Assembly: GCA_964351525.1 (NCBI GenBank) | Contig: CAYGOD010000002.1 | Location: forward strand, 422,327 to 486,326 | DNA: 64,000 nt | Origin: an uncultured Bdellovibrionales bacterium | GTDB lineage: Bacteria > Pseudomonadota > Alphaproteobacteria > Micavibrionales > GCA-2720935 | Direction of reading: 5' to 3' | In this document: piece after piece, positions 8,836-17,469 of the stretch | How positions within the stretch are numbered: the stretch's first letter is position 1 | How the letters are laid out: every line of letters begins with the position of its first letter | Notes under the pieces: model-generated | Told to the model about the DNA's origin: nothing | Database searches by the model: none | The model's input: the letters and a program-made list of their open reading frames with translations, nothing else | Made by a program: the position numbers and the translations under genes

Positions 8836-10482
8836 TTAATTTTCTTGGTACATCCAATTACGAATAACGGATACGGTTTCATTCGGGTGCTTTTCTACTA
8901 ATTCATTTACTTTTTGTACGGCCGCCGCTTTAACGCGCCCCTCAACCTTGTCCATATTAATCATATCGTCCGCGCCATCACCGCTATTTGGTGCGGCCAA
9001 GGCCGCTTGGTTTTCAAGTTGTGAGGTAATAAGGTTTTCTAATTCATTATCGAGGCTGCCTGTCGCTGCTGTCGCCGATTCAATAAGCTTGTTAACTAGG
9101 GGCTGCAACACAAGGAAAACTACCAGAAGTGCAACAATCGCCAAGGTAACTGTTTCTGCAATATCAAGCAAATCAGCGCGCTCAAACCCCATGATTGTTG
9201 TGTCTGCTAAAATGTCTTCTGGCTCTTGTTCGCCACCAGCAAATTTAAGATTTAAAACTTCGATTGTATCGCCGCGCGCATCATCAAAACCAATAGCCGA
9301 TCGCACAAGAGATTCAATTTGTTCAATTTCTTTTTCACTGCGTGGTTGATAGGTTTTCACACCTTCTGCATCTGTCACATATGTGCCATCAAGAAGAACA
9401 GCAACAGACAGGCGCGTCACTTGGCCTGTTTCTTTCACGTGATTGCGAATAGTTTTTGTAATTTCAAAGTTTGTGATTTCTTCAGTACGGTTTGATGTGT
9501 TTGATGATCCACCACCTTGACCCGCAGGCGCATTTACTAGGCCTGGCAGGTTGTTGCCAACAGTAACACCGGCATTACGAGAGCCATCATTTTCTTCTAA
9601 GCTTTCTTCGATAACTTGTGTTGAACGAACAACCTGACCTTCTGGGTCATAGATTTCTGAATTTGATGAAATGCGATCAAAATCAAGTTCGGCGGAAACG
9701 TTGGCGCGGACATTACCAAAGCCAACAATTTCTGTAATAAGGTCTTCAACCATACGCGACATGCGGCGCTCATAGGCTTGCTGCATGTCTTCGGCATTTT
9801 CACCAAAGAAGGCCTCTGGATTATCACTGTCATCAACACCGCGTGCGAGTAATTTACCATTTTCATCAACAATGGAAACGCGCGCAGGCTTTAATTGTGG
9901 GACAGCAGCGGCAACCATATGTTGAATGGCCGATATTTGTTCTGCGCCCAAATCTTGACCAGAGCGTAATTTAACAAAAACACTGGCGGTTGCGGGCTGT
10001 GCATCACGGCTGAATAATTGACGTTTTGGTAAAACCAAATGAATGCGGGCTGTTTTAACAGATTTTAATGTGCTGATTGTGCGACCAATTTCACCCTCAA
10101 GGGCGCGGACTTGGTTGATATTTTGTACAAAGTCGGTTGTACCAAAGCTAGATTGTTCATCAAACAATTCATACCCAACAGACGCAGAAGAGGGCAGGCC
10201 TTCTTCTGCTAAGATCATGCGCGCACGTCCAACATCATTATCGGCAACGCTGACGGATGTACCATCAACACTTAGTTGATAGGGGATATTGACTTGCTCT
10301 AGTTTGGCTGCTATCGCACCCGTATCGTTACTATCTAAATTCGAATAGAGAAGTGCTAAATCAGTATTTGATAAGCGCGCCGTAATGAAAATGAAGAAAA
10401 GAATGATACCAAATAAGACAGCACCCATCATACCAAGGCGTGCGGGGCCGACTGCTTTGACTGTTTCTGATAATGTACTCAA
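8836..10482 (-). CDS. fliF: FliF, MS-ring protein (TTG start)
   Basis: 548 aa with an N-terminal TM, a YscJ/FliF periplasmic domain and a second TM near the C-terminus. The start codon TTG at 10482 is preceded by AAGGA. Confidence 0.95.
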   Translation of the reverse strand: MSTLSETVKAVGPARLGMMGAVLFGIILFFIFITARLSNTDLALLYSNLDSNDTGAIAAKLEQVNIPYQLSVDGTSVSVADNDVGRARMILAEEGLPSSASVGYELFDEQSSFGTTDFVQNINQVRALEGEIGRTISTLKSVKTARIHLVLPKRQLFSRDAQPATASVFVKLRSGQDLGAEQISAIQHMVAAAVPQLKPARVSIVDENGKLLARGVDDSDNPEAFFGENAEDMQQAYERRMSRMVEDLITEIVGFGNVRANVSAELDFDRISSNSEIYDPEGQVVRSTQVIEESLEENDGSRNAGVTVGNNLPGLVNAPAGQGGGSSNTSNRTEEITNFEITKTIRNHVKETGQVTRLSVAVLLDGTYVTDAEGVKTYQPRSEKEIEQIESLVRSAIGFDDARGDTIEVLNLKFAGGEQEPEDILADTTIMGFERADLLDIAETVTLAIVALLVVFLVLQPLVNKLIESATAATGSLDNELENLITSQLENQAALAAPNSGDGADDMINMDKVEGRVKAAAVQKVNELVEKHPNETVSVIRNWMYQEN

Positions 10483-10729
10483 CCGTTCATATCCTTATAT
10501 GTGATGCATGATATCTCATGCGGCCCTTTTTATTTTTTATAAGGCCAATATAATTGTCTTTTTAGTTTGGGTCTCTAAGCACTTGGTTAAGGCTTAAATC
10601 ATTCTTGATTATGTGATCATTATTTTGATTAACTCGAATAATAATCACTTTGTCTTCACGAACAGCTCTGCTCATCTTCTCATGATAACAGGACTACTCT
10701 ACTATAATATATAACAAAATTTAACATTC

Positions 10730-10742
10730 GGCAAATTTTGCC
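10730..10742. promoter_or_regulatory. Dyad GGCAAATTTTGCC (GGCA-N5-TGCC), candidate FlbD-type enhancer/operator
   Basis: Perfect 6-1-6 palindrome in the fliF / flaG-like divergent intergenic region. The same half-sites recur at five other flagellar control regions. Confidence 0.35.
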
Positions 10743-10792
10743 CATCATTTTATGCATTTTTTTCGTGTTTTTTATCGATTATGTTCGAAACT

Positions 10793-10805
10793 GGGCATAT
10801 TTGCC
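10793..10805. promoter_or_regulatory. Dyad-like GGGCATATTTGCC (variant of GGCA-N5-TGCC)
   Basis: It lies about 60 bp from the first dyad. It reads as GGGC-N5-TGCC or GGCA-N4-TGCC, so it is imperfect. Confidence 0.25.
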
Positions 10806-10891
10806 TAATAATGTTCGATTTTTAGCCATATTCAAATAGTTAAGTGAGTCTTAATTATTATTTTAATCTTCTTGTATTTTTATACATATTC

Positions 10892-10919
10892 TTGACTTTT
10901 CCTCGTATTTTGCTATAAT
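10892..10919 (+). promoter_or_regulatory. Sigma-70-type promoter TTGACT-N16-TATAAT
   Basis: Near-consensus -35 (10892-10897) and perfect -10 (10914-10919). It lies about 185 bp upstream of the ORF starting at 11103. Confidence 0.5.
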
Positions 10920-11102
10920 AAAGATAGTAGGATGACTCTGACTGTAGCATTATATCATTACAGATTGGGCAGAGCACCAATATTGCAGAAGCAATGGTTA
11001 AAAGTTTTTATAAGCGGGGTCTTATAAAGCTATAGGTTCAAATAGGGGTATTTGTACCAATAGTATAAAAAAGCTTTTAATGTTAAACATAGGAAGTGTG
11101 TC

Positions 11103-11573
11103 ATGACTGATAATATTATCATACCATCATCTGTCGCCAGTGCGGGCGCTGCGTCTCTTAATATAAGAGCCGAGCAAGCTGTACAACAGCCGGTTGCAAC
11201 AAATGAGCAGCCTTCAGATTTTTCAAGAACAAACCCACCATTTGTTAGTCCGGCGATACGCCTCGACTATGAAACACAACAGGTGGTCTTAGAATTCCGT
11301 GATTCAATAAGTGGCGAAGTAGAGCGCCAAATTGAACCTAACAGCCGTATTGAGGCATATACACCGCCAACATCATCGGATCGTGCAGAAAATGTTGATA
11401 TTGAAATTTCTTCACAATCATCACCCCCCCCATCATCAGGGGCACAATCTGTAAATGCTCAAGATGTGTCAGTTCCTGAATCGTCTGGTAATAATTCCGC
11501 TGCGGCATCATCAGCATCAACGGTTGATCCACAAACACCGTTAGCAAGTGGTGATACATCATCCTTTGCGTAA
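11103..11573 (+). CDS. FlaG-like protein (Ser/Pro-rich)
   Basis: 156 aa. The segment IRLDYETQQVVLEFRDSISGEVERQIEP resembles the FlaG family core (…V.V.D..TGEVIRQIP). It has flagellar neighbours and contains a C8 tract at 11424-11431. Confidence 0.4.
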   Translation: MTDNIIIPSSVASAGAASLNIRAEQAVQQPVATNEQPSDFSRTNPPFVSPAIRLDYETQQVVLEFRDSISGEVERQIEPNSRIEAYTPPTSSDRAENVDIEISSQSSPPPSSGAQSVNAQDVSVPESSGNNSAAASSASTVDPQTPLASGDTSSFA

Positions 11574-11591
11574 ACGATGATAAAAAAATAT

Positions 11592-11626
11592 TAAAAAAAA
11601 CGCCTCAATTACGAGGCGTTTTTTGT
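11592..11626. terminator. Bidirectional rho-independent terminator
   Basis: AAAAAAAACGCCTC-aattac-GAGGCGTTTTTT. The GC stem is flanked by an A-run and a T-run. It sits between convergent ORFs ending at 11573 (+) and 11645 (-). Confidence 0.75.
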
Positions 11627-11644
11627 GTTTTTAGCTAATCGCTT

Positions 11645-12367
11645 TTAGTGGTTCAATTTCGCGATACTTCTTTTAGGTGTCGCCTCAACCATATCAAAAA
11701 GTTTCTGAAGCTCTGCTTTTGAGACTAACGTAATTGTTGGACGCATGGGGATAAACGGCTTTTTATATTTAATTTTACGATAAAGGCCTTTATCAATCAC
11801 TTCGGAAACGGCATCTGGATTTATTAATAGGCTACGTTTGGATGCCATGGAAAAATCACGGTCATAGCCGCTATTGTCAATATTGGGGTTTAGGGCAGTC
11901 TTATTATATTGATCACGCAGATGTTTTTTAATGGCTTTTTTTGCTAATCTTCTTTTAATTGGATCTTGTTCTAGATGGCTGTCTTTCACTAGCTCGCCCG
12001 GGATTGAACCCTCTAGACCCTCAAGCTCGATCATATTCGGCAATACTTTTTGGATATCGGCAACGGTTGCTGTTTTTAATGTGATGATGACTTGTCTGTC
12101 AAGGTTAGAAAAACTGATTGTTAAGGCTGTTTCGTTTAATCCACTAGGAAAACCATTGATAACACTAATTCTGTCTGCAATTTTTGCTAACGGCACATAT
12201 TTTTCTGTGCCTGTCGGCAGTATTTGGCCGTCTCTATCTGCTAATGCTTGATGTAAAGGACTTGGTTTAGGCGTATAGATCAATGTTAATGCGTTGTTAT
12301 GGCTTGTAATAACGCCACCGTTGATCTGTAAAATACCGTCCCTTAAATAATCAATATATTCTTCCAT
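11645..12367 (-). CDS. Hypothetical protein (240 aa, soluble, basic C-terminal half)
   Basis: Long ORF with no overlap, 23 bp downstream of the 176-aa ORF. I recognise no family motif. Confidence 0.6.
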   Translation of the reverse strand: MEEYIDYLRDGILQINGGVITSHNNALTLIYTPKPSPLHQALADRDGQILPTGTEKYVPLAKIADRISVINGFPSGLNETALTISFSNLDRQVIITLKTATVADIQKVLPNMIELEGLEGSIPGELVKDSHLEQDPIKRRLAKKAIKKHLRDQYNKTALNPNIDNSGYDRDFSMASKRSLLINPDAVSEVIDKGLYRKIKYKKPFIPMRPTITLVSKAELQKLFDMVEATPKRSIAKLNH

Positions 12368-12390
12368 GGTCTATCCTTTTTTGAATGATT

Positions 12391-12921
12391 TTATAATGGT
12401 TTGTATGAGCTCGCTTTTATTGCGGTTGTTCTTTTATCTTTTGATAGTCCGAATAATTCCTCTAGCTCTTCAACACTGTCTAGTGAGGCAAACTCGCATG
12501 CTGGAAAATCAGCACTTAAGATGATCTTAGTATAACGTCCGTGGTCTTCTATGCGATCTATGGTATTTCTATTAATCAAGGCACGTTCAAAGGTAACGTA
12601 AGAACTATATGTTGCTATTGCTACTTCACGATATACGCCATCTAAGTGAACGGCAACGGCCTCTTCCATATTAGGGAGGTCAAAATATTCGGAGGGAATA
12701 GAAGCTGCCATGATGTCTATTTCAACAAAATCAGGCGATAGAGTTTTAAAATCATCTAGTGTCATCTGGTCTTTATTCATAAATTTCATGGGACCATCGT
12801 CTTTAAAACCAATAATTAAATAATCAGAATCAATGACATAGCCAATGTGTTGATTGACTTGATTATGGGGCATAGAGCGTTCCCAGAATTCACCACGAAA
12901 TGTTTCGTAATAACTATCCAT
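12391..12921 (-). CDS. Hypothetical protein (176 aa, soluble, acidic)
   Basis: The ORF is preceded by GAGGAG 7 nt upstream of the ATG and by a TTGACA-N17-TACATT-like promoter on the minus strand in 12922-13042. I recognise no family motif. Confidence 0.6.
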   Translation of the reverse strand: MDSYYETFRGEFWERSMPHNQVNQHIGYVIDSDYLIIGFKDDGPMKFMNKDQMTLDDFKTLSPDFVEIDIMAASIPSEYFDLPNMEEAVAVHLDGVYREVAIATYSSYVTFERALINRNTIDRIEDHGRYTKIILSADFPACEFASLDSVEELEELFGLSKDKRTTAIKASSYKPL

Positions 12922-13042
12922 AGCGGATCTCCTCAGTAAATAAATTATTTTGATATGTAATTATAATATGAAAATGTATCACGTGAAAGATGGCGTGTCA
13001 AATGATGGCGGGCAGTCAATATTTAGGCAAATATTTTATATA

Positions 13043-14440
13043 TTAGGCATGATTAGGCAGCGTTTCTAAGAGCAGAATGTAATCATCTTTTTGAAATAGT
13101 TTTGCAGAGCCATAGGAGATATCTTTAATTCCGTTTTTTGTGCGATTAAAAATGACGGTCTCATATAAAGTGCTATAGCCGCTGTCCTTCGTGATAACAA
13201 GATCATTAGTGTGACTTTTTTCTATTTCTGGGGCTTTCTCAAAGGGCTTTGGGGTGTTTAAGTTGGTAACGAAGATTGTCTCACCGAGAGGCATAAAATA
13301 ATACGATCCCCAATGATTATAAAATTCCCCGCAATAAGATGATAGCTTGGTATTCGCACGGTAATGCTTTTGAAAGTGGTCGATAATATGCCATAGGCCA
13401 TTTTGTAGCATTGCCGTATCTGCAGCATAGCTGTTTGTCATGATTGAAATCACAATATTGGCTTTTGGATTAATATAGGTACGAGACAAATGCCCAGGCA
13501 TTCCACCTGTATGACCATTTAGACGATATCCTCCAACTATGTTATGAACAACACCAAGCCCATAGCCAAAATTCGGCTGTCTTTGATCAACACCAAAATA
13601 TTTTGACAGCATCTTTTCTTTTAATCTATCGGATAAAAGCAAACCCGTTCCAATCATCAGTGCGCTATAAAAACGACACAGGCTTTCTGGGTTACTACAG
13701 ACACCAGCAGCGGCAATCATGCCTTTCGTGTCAATATTACTGTTTATAGGGATAATCTTTTTTGTTCCTGGAGCATATTTATTGTGCCCTGCACTATAGG
13801 GCGCATTGTTCGGATCATAGCTTGCACAAATTCTATTTAGCTCTAAAGGTTTAAAAATATGTGTTGTGATATAATCTTCAAATGAAAGCCCTGAAACATC
13901 TTCAAGTATATATCCCAGCAGGGCATAGGCAAAATTCGAATATCTAAATATTTTTCCAGGTGTGGTTAAGAGCGCCGATGTTTCATAAAAAGATAAAATT
14001 TCATCTTTGGTAGGAAAGGCGCGCAGACAGCTAAAAAATGTTGCATCATCACCATCACGCGATAATCCAGAGCTGTGGCTTAAAAGATGTTCAATTGTGA
14101 CATCGTTTATCTTTGTATCTGGATTGCTTTTTAATTGTGGAATGAAATAGGTCAATTTATCCGTGAGTGACAGCTTATTGGCCTCAACCAGTTGTAATAT
14201 TGATAGTGCTGTAAAGCTTTTTGTATGGGAGGCGGACAGAAACAAATGATTGGGCGTTAATATTTCTTTTGTGTCATGATTGGCAAAGCCAAAGCTTTTA
14301 TTATAAACAAGACTATCGTCGTGCATAATTGCAATGCTGTGGCCGGGGACTTGTTCATTTAAATCTGTTTGGCGCTGTAGCCATAAATCGCAGAAATCAA
14401 TTGCGGCATTAAGAGCGGAAATATTAAGATTTTCTGTCAC
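13043..14440 (-). CDS. Beta-lactamase-fold serine hydrolase (class C / esterase-like), apparently no signal peptide, GTG start
   Basis: 465 aa with the SxxK motif in LSASHTKSFTA and YxN in RYSNFAYALLG. There is an extra C-terminal domain of about 110 aa. The N-terminus MTENLNISALNAAIDF is not hydrophobic. Confidence 0.8.
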   Translation of the reverse strand: MTENLNISALNAAIDFCDLWLQRQTDLNEQVPGHSIAIMHDDSLVYNKSFGFANHDTKEILTPNHLFLSASHTKSFTALSILQLVEANKLSLTDKLTYFIPQLKSNPDTKINDVTIEHLLSHSSGLSRDGDDATFFSCLRAFPTKDEILSFYETSALLTTPGKIFRYSNFAYALLGYILEDVSGLSFEDYITTHIFKPLELNRICASYDPNNAPYSAGHNKYAPGTKKIIPINSNIDTKGMIAAAGVCSNPESLCRFYSALMIGTGLLLSDRLKEKMLSKYFGVDQRQPNFGYGLGVVHNIVGGYRLNGHTGGMPGHLSRTYINPKANIVISIMTNSYAADTAMLQNGLWHIIDHFQKHYRANTKLSSYCGEFYNHWGSYYFMPLGETIFVTNLNTPKPFEKAPEIEKSHTNDLVITKDSGYSTLYETVIFNRTKNGIKDISYGSAKLFQKDDYILLLETLPNHA

Positions 14441-14458
14441 GTTTTATGTGTCACTTCA

Positions 14459-14980
14459 TTACAATTCTACATCAAAATCCATTAATGGCTTTGCGGGCTG
14501 TGTGTTGTCCGATTGGACTTCGGGTGTCTGTTGTGCATATGGATTTGGGGCGACAGGCGTTTGCTGTGCTGCCTTTAAGGCGTTGTTGCGAGAATTACGG
14601 ATACTGTCTTGAAGGCCGGCGGCGATGTTTCGATTAATATTGATCAAAACATCAAACTTTTCTGCTGTACCATCGGCGCGGATATCAAGCGTGCGTTTAA
14701 AAACAAATAAACCAAGATTTGCAATATTATTACGAATGGCGACCTCTAGGCCCGTATCGTCTTTTTGCATTTCAGCGGTGAAGATCGCCCATAATTGTTG
14801 ATTGGTTGTTAAGGCTTCGTCTAATTGATCGATAGTATGTGATCCCCAGTTGTCTTTGAGGGCCTGTAAACGTTCTGCGGCCTTAATCAATGCGCGCACC
14901 TCAATCTCTCGCGGGTCACTCATCGAGGCTTTATTGGTTTTATCATAGGCGCCAAGCGCTTTGGTATAATCGTTAGACAT
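14459..14980 (-). CDS. flaF: FlaF, flagellin synthesis regulator (with a Q/P-rich C-terminal extension)
   Basis: The N-terminal 120 aa are FlaF-like (…DPREIEVRALIKAAERLQALKDNW…NQQLWAIFTAEM…). It lies directly downstream of flbT. Confidence 0.85.
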   Translation of the reverse strand: MSNDYTKALGAYDKTNKASMSDPREIEVRALIKAAERLQALKDNWGSHTIDQLDEALTTNQQLWAIFTAEMQKDDTGLEVAIRNNIANLGLFVFKRTLDIRADGTAEKFDVLININRNIAAGLQDSIRNSRNNALKAAQQTPVAPNPYAQQTPEVQSDNTQPAKPLMDFDVEL

Positions 14981-15004
14981 TATTCTCGCTTTGCTTTGTT
15001 CTTT

Positions 15005-15394
15005 TTATGCCGTGTTGCCAGCCATAAGATCTGTTTCATAGTTGATTAGATCTTGGGCCGTTTTTAATGCCTTGTAATAGTGGTTCATTAATAAATGTTC
15101 ATTGATAAGAGTAATTAGTGGAATTGTGCTGGGCGCGGCATCTTGAACATCTTTGATAAGTTCAAAATAAGTGGCATGCAGATCTTCGGGCGTTGTTGAT
15201 AAATACATTAATTGAATGGCAAAATAAATTTTCTTGCACGGCGTATCGGCAGCATCTTCTGTGATAATATCTTTTTCACGCAAAATTGGTGTATCGCCCT
15301 CTATGTAGAGGCGCGCACGATTTTTGTCATTACGAACAACGGCTTGTCCGATGACAACACGTTCATTTGGTTTTAGATCAATGACAAGAGCCAT
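15005..15394 (-). CDS. flbT: FlbT, flagellin mRNA-binding translational regulator (copy 1)
   Basis: MALVIDLKPNERVVIGQAVV…PILREKDIITEDAADTPCKKIYFAIQLMYL is a classic FlbT N-terminus. Confidence 0.9.
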   Translation of the reverse strand: MALVIDLKPNERVVIGQAVVRNDKNRARLYIEGDTPILREKDIITEDAADTPCKKIYFAIQLMYLSTTPEDLHATYFELIKDVQDAAPSTIPLITLINEHLLMNHYYKALKTAQDLINYETDLMAGNTA

Positions 15395-15666
15395 AATAAT
15401 TCGTCCTTTTTATTTTGTGTGGATAACCCACTCTATTAAGTTTACGCGAGAAGGGGTTAAAGAATGCTTTATGTGTTTGCGATAAGCGCAAGATCATCTC
15501 GTGTTTTAGGGCGCGCTATTTGAGAACACTAAAAGTATGATAACGCAAAAGGAGATTCTTGGAAATCGAAAATCAGAAGTTAAAAATGGAAAACCAGCGA
15601 GATTTCTCTCGCTGGTTAAATCCAATTTGGCTTCCTCGAAAAACCGGACTTTTATAAAGTACGATC

Positions 15667-16476
15667 TTAGAAGAGAGACAACACGGCCTGTTGAGCCTGA
15701 GAGGCCAAAGACAATGATGTAACACCAAGCTGCTGTCTTGTCTGCAAGGCAAGCAAGTTAGCACCTTCTTCGTTTTGGTCAGCCAATGTAAGCTTATCAG
15801 AACCTTCTAAAAGGTTATTAATAATACCTTTTGTGAAGTCTTCACGGTTCTGAATTGTTGTTAAGTTAGAACCAAATACACGTGCTTGTGAACGTAAGTT
15901 AGCAAGCGCTGTATCAATTTCAGCTAAACCAGCATCAAGTAAGGCATCTGTTGTAAAGTCAGCAGCAGTTGCTATACCAACACCAGCGGCATCATATGTG
16001 ACACCTGTAACTGTGATTGTACTTGATGAATCTTCGTTGAAGTTTACGACAAGGTTATCACCGTCCAACAAGTTAACACCACGGTAACCAGTATCCTGGA
16101 TCGCTTGGTCAATTTGTGTACGAACAGCATCATAATCAACTTCTAATGCAATGGCTTCGGCAGAACCAACACCAGCATCACGTGCTGCATTAGCTAGACC
16201 TTCAGCTTGTTCAACAAGGCTAGTGATTAACTCAATACCCTCATCAGCGGCTTGAAGTGTTTGTACAGCCTGGCCCATACCATCTAAAAGACGGCTAAGG
16301 TCACTGGCACGGTTGTCAAGACCCTGTGACGCGAAGAATGCATTAGCATCATCAAGCGCAGAGTTAACTTTACGACCAGTCGACAAACGCAGCTGGGTTC
16401 TGTCAGTTAGGCTTTGTGTATTTTGAAGGGATAATAGGTTACTACGAATCGCAGAACCGAGAACAATATCAGACAT
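15667..16476 (-). CDS. Flagellin (short alphaproteobacterial type, copy 1)
   Basis: 269 aa. The conserved N-terminus is LSTGRKVNSALDDANAFFASQ and the C-terminus is LALQTRQQLGVTSLSLASQAQQAVLSLF. Confidence 0.95.
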   Translation of the reverse strand: MSDIVLGSAIRSNLLSLQNTQSLTDRTQLRLSTGRKVNSALDDANAFFASQGLDNRASDLSRLLDGMGQAVQTLQAADEGIELITSLVEQAEGLANAARDAGVGSAEAIALEVDYDAVRTQIDQAIQDTGYRGVNLLDGDNLVVNFNEDSSSTITVTGVTYDAAGVGIATAADFTTDALLDAGLAEIDTALANLRSQARVFGSNLTTIQNREDFTKGIINNLLEGSDKLTLADQNEEGANLLALQTRQQLGVTSLSLASQAQQAVLSLF

Positions 16477-16780
16477 ATCAAATTTCCTTTCCTAGGAGGT
16501 TGTGTCTATTTACTTTTAGTTACGAGGAGATACTTTCCTCATACTTCTATCATCGCATGTAATCATTAATAAATGGTTACAATTATGAGAGGTCTTATTT
16601 CTTTTTTGATTTTTATGATGAGATCGCTAAAGAAACTGTATGTATGCGCTTATCTAATAAGAATATATGAGTATAGAGCGCCAACTTACCCTGTTTATGA
16701 TAACCGCTTTAAAATATTTTTCAATACTAAATAAAGCTCTTGAGACATGTTTGTTATGCTTATAGCAAATCAAACGAGAT

Positions 16781-16820
16781 AAAAAAACGGGATGCTTATT
16801 CTTTAAGCATCCCGTTTTAG
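16781..16820. terminator. Strong hairpin terminator (bidirectional form) after flbT copy 2
   Basis: AAAAAAACGGGATGCTTA-ttctt-TAAGCATCCCGTTTT. It has a 12-bp perfect stem with A/T runs on both sides. Confidence 0.8.
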
Positions 16821-16991
16821 TATTATCATATGACTTCTTGTCATTATACATTGTGCAAACACATTCTGCGTTCTTGTATGATTGAATTCATGGCATACCG
16901 TTAAAAACGTTTGATCCAGCCTGAATTTCTTTTTATTAAGAAAGGGACATTCTGTCTTTTCTTATCTTAAGCCTTTATATACAGCGCTTAA

Positions 16992-17402
16992 TTATTGTGC
17001 CGCTTGTCTTGCTGAGTCTAGTTCACGATTAATCAATTCTTTCTCGTGAGCCAAAAGGTTCTTAGTTTCTTTTAGAGCGCGGTAAAGATCACCTTCTAAA
17101 ATTCTTTCACCAATTGATAAGAAGAAGAACGTTGTTGATGGCGCGGCATCTTGAATTTCGCGTACAAGCTTGAAATATTCTTCATAAAAAGGTGTTGGGT
17201 CTTTTGACAGATACATAAGCTGTACAACTAAATATAGTTTTTTACAGGCTGTATCTGCTTTTTCTGGTGTCATAACATCCTTTTCACGCAAGATTGGCGC
17301 ATTGCCTTGGATGTTAATTTTTGTGCGGTGGTCAGATGCCGATATAACAGCGTCGCCAACAACAACTTTTTCGTTTGGTTTTAGATCAATAATAAGTCCC
17401 AT
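16992..17402 (-). CDS. flbT: FlbT (copy 2)
   Basis: MGLIIDLKPNEKVVVGDAVI…PILREKDVMTPEKADTACKKLYLVVQLMYL. By eye it is roughly half identical to copy 1. Confidence 0.9.
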   Translation of the reverse strand: MGLIIDLKPNEKVVVGDAVISASDHRTKINIQGNAPILREKDVMTPEKADTACKKLYLVVQLMYLSKDPTPFYEEYFKLVREIQDAAPSTTFFFLSIGERILEGDLYRALKETKNLLAHEKELINRELDSARQAAQ

Positions 17403-17469
17403 AATGTGGTACTCCTTTTATATTGTGTTATTAACAGATGTAATCGTTTTTTATAGATGACGATTAGTT

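Noticed and set aside
10972-10987. GAGCAC-N5-TTGCA as a sigma-54 promoter for the flaG-like gene.
   Set aside because: The first G of the invariant GG is replaced by A, and a much better sigma-70-type promoter lies 60 bp upstream. I kept it only as a remark inside a finding, not as a feature.
12983-12990. The 8-mer palindrome TCACGTGA recurs at about 12983, 26031, 56675 and 59384.
   Set aside because: About one occurrence is expected by chance. Four, one of them inside fadD coding sequence, is only a mild excess and there is no consistent positional logic. Only the extended 14-bp palindrome at 59381-59394 was retained.
13043-14440. Beta-lactamase-fold protein considered as the missing peptidoglycan-remodelling partner of single-domain FlgJ.
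   Set aside because: No signal peptide or lipobox is visible at the N-terminus, so a periplasmic role is unlikely. The fold family is mostly esterases/DD-peptidases, not glycosidases.
16655-16672. GG-N10-GC (minus strand GGGTAAGTTGGCGC) upstream of flagellin copy 1, considered as a sigma-54 promoter. I also searched the spacer upstream of flagellin copy 2.
   Set aside because: Only the bare GG/GC dinucleotides match and the flanking consensus positions do not. No candidate at all was found for copy 2. The flagellin promoters remain unassigned.
16654-16851. 65-aa minus-strand ORF in the flagellin-flbT spacer.
   Set aside because: It spans the strong terminator hairpin at 16781-16820, is lysine- and tyrosine-rich, AT-driven sequence, and has no RBS. 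It is most likely non-coding.
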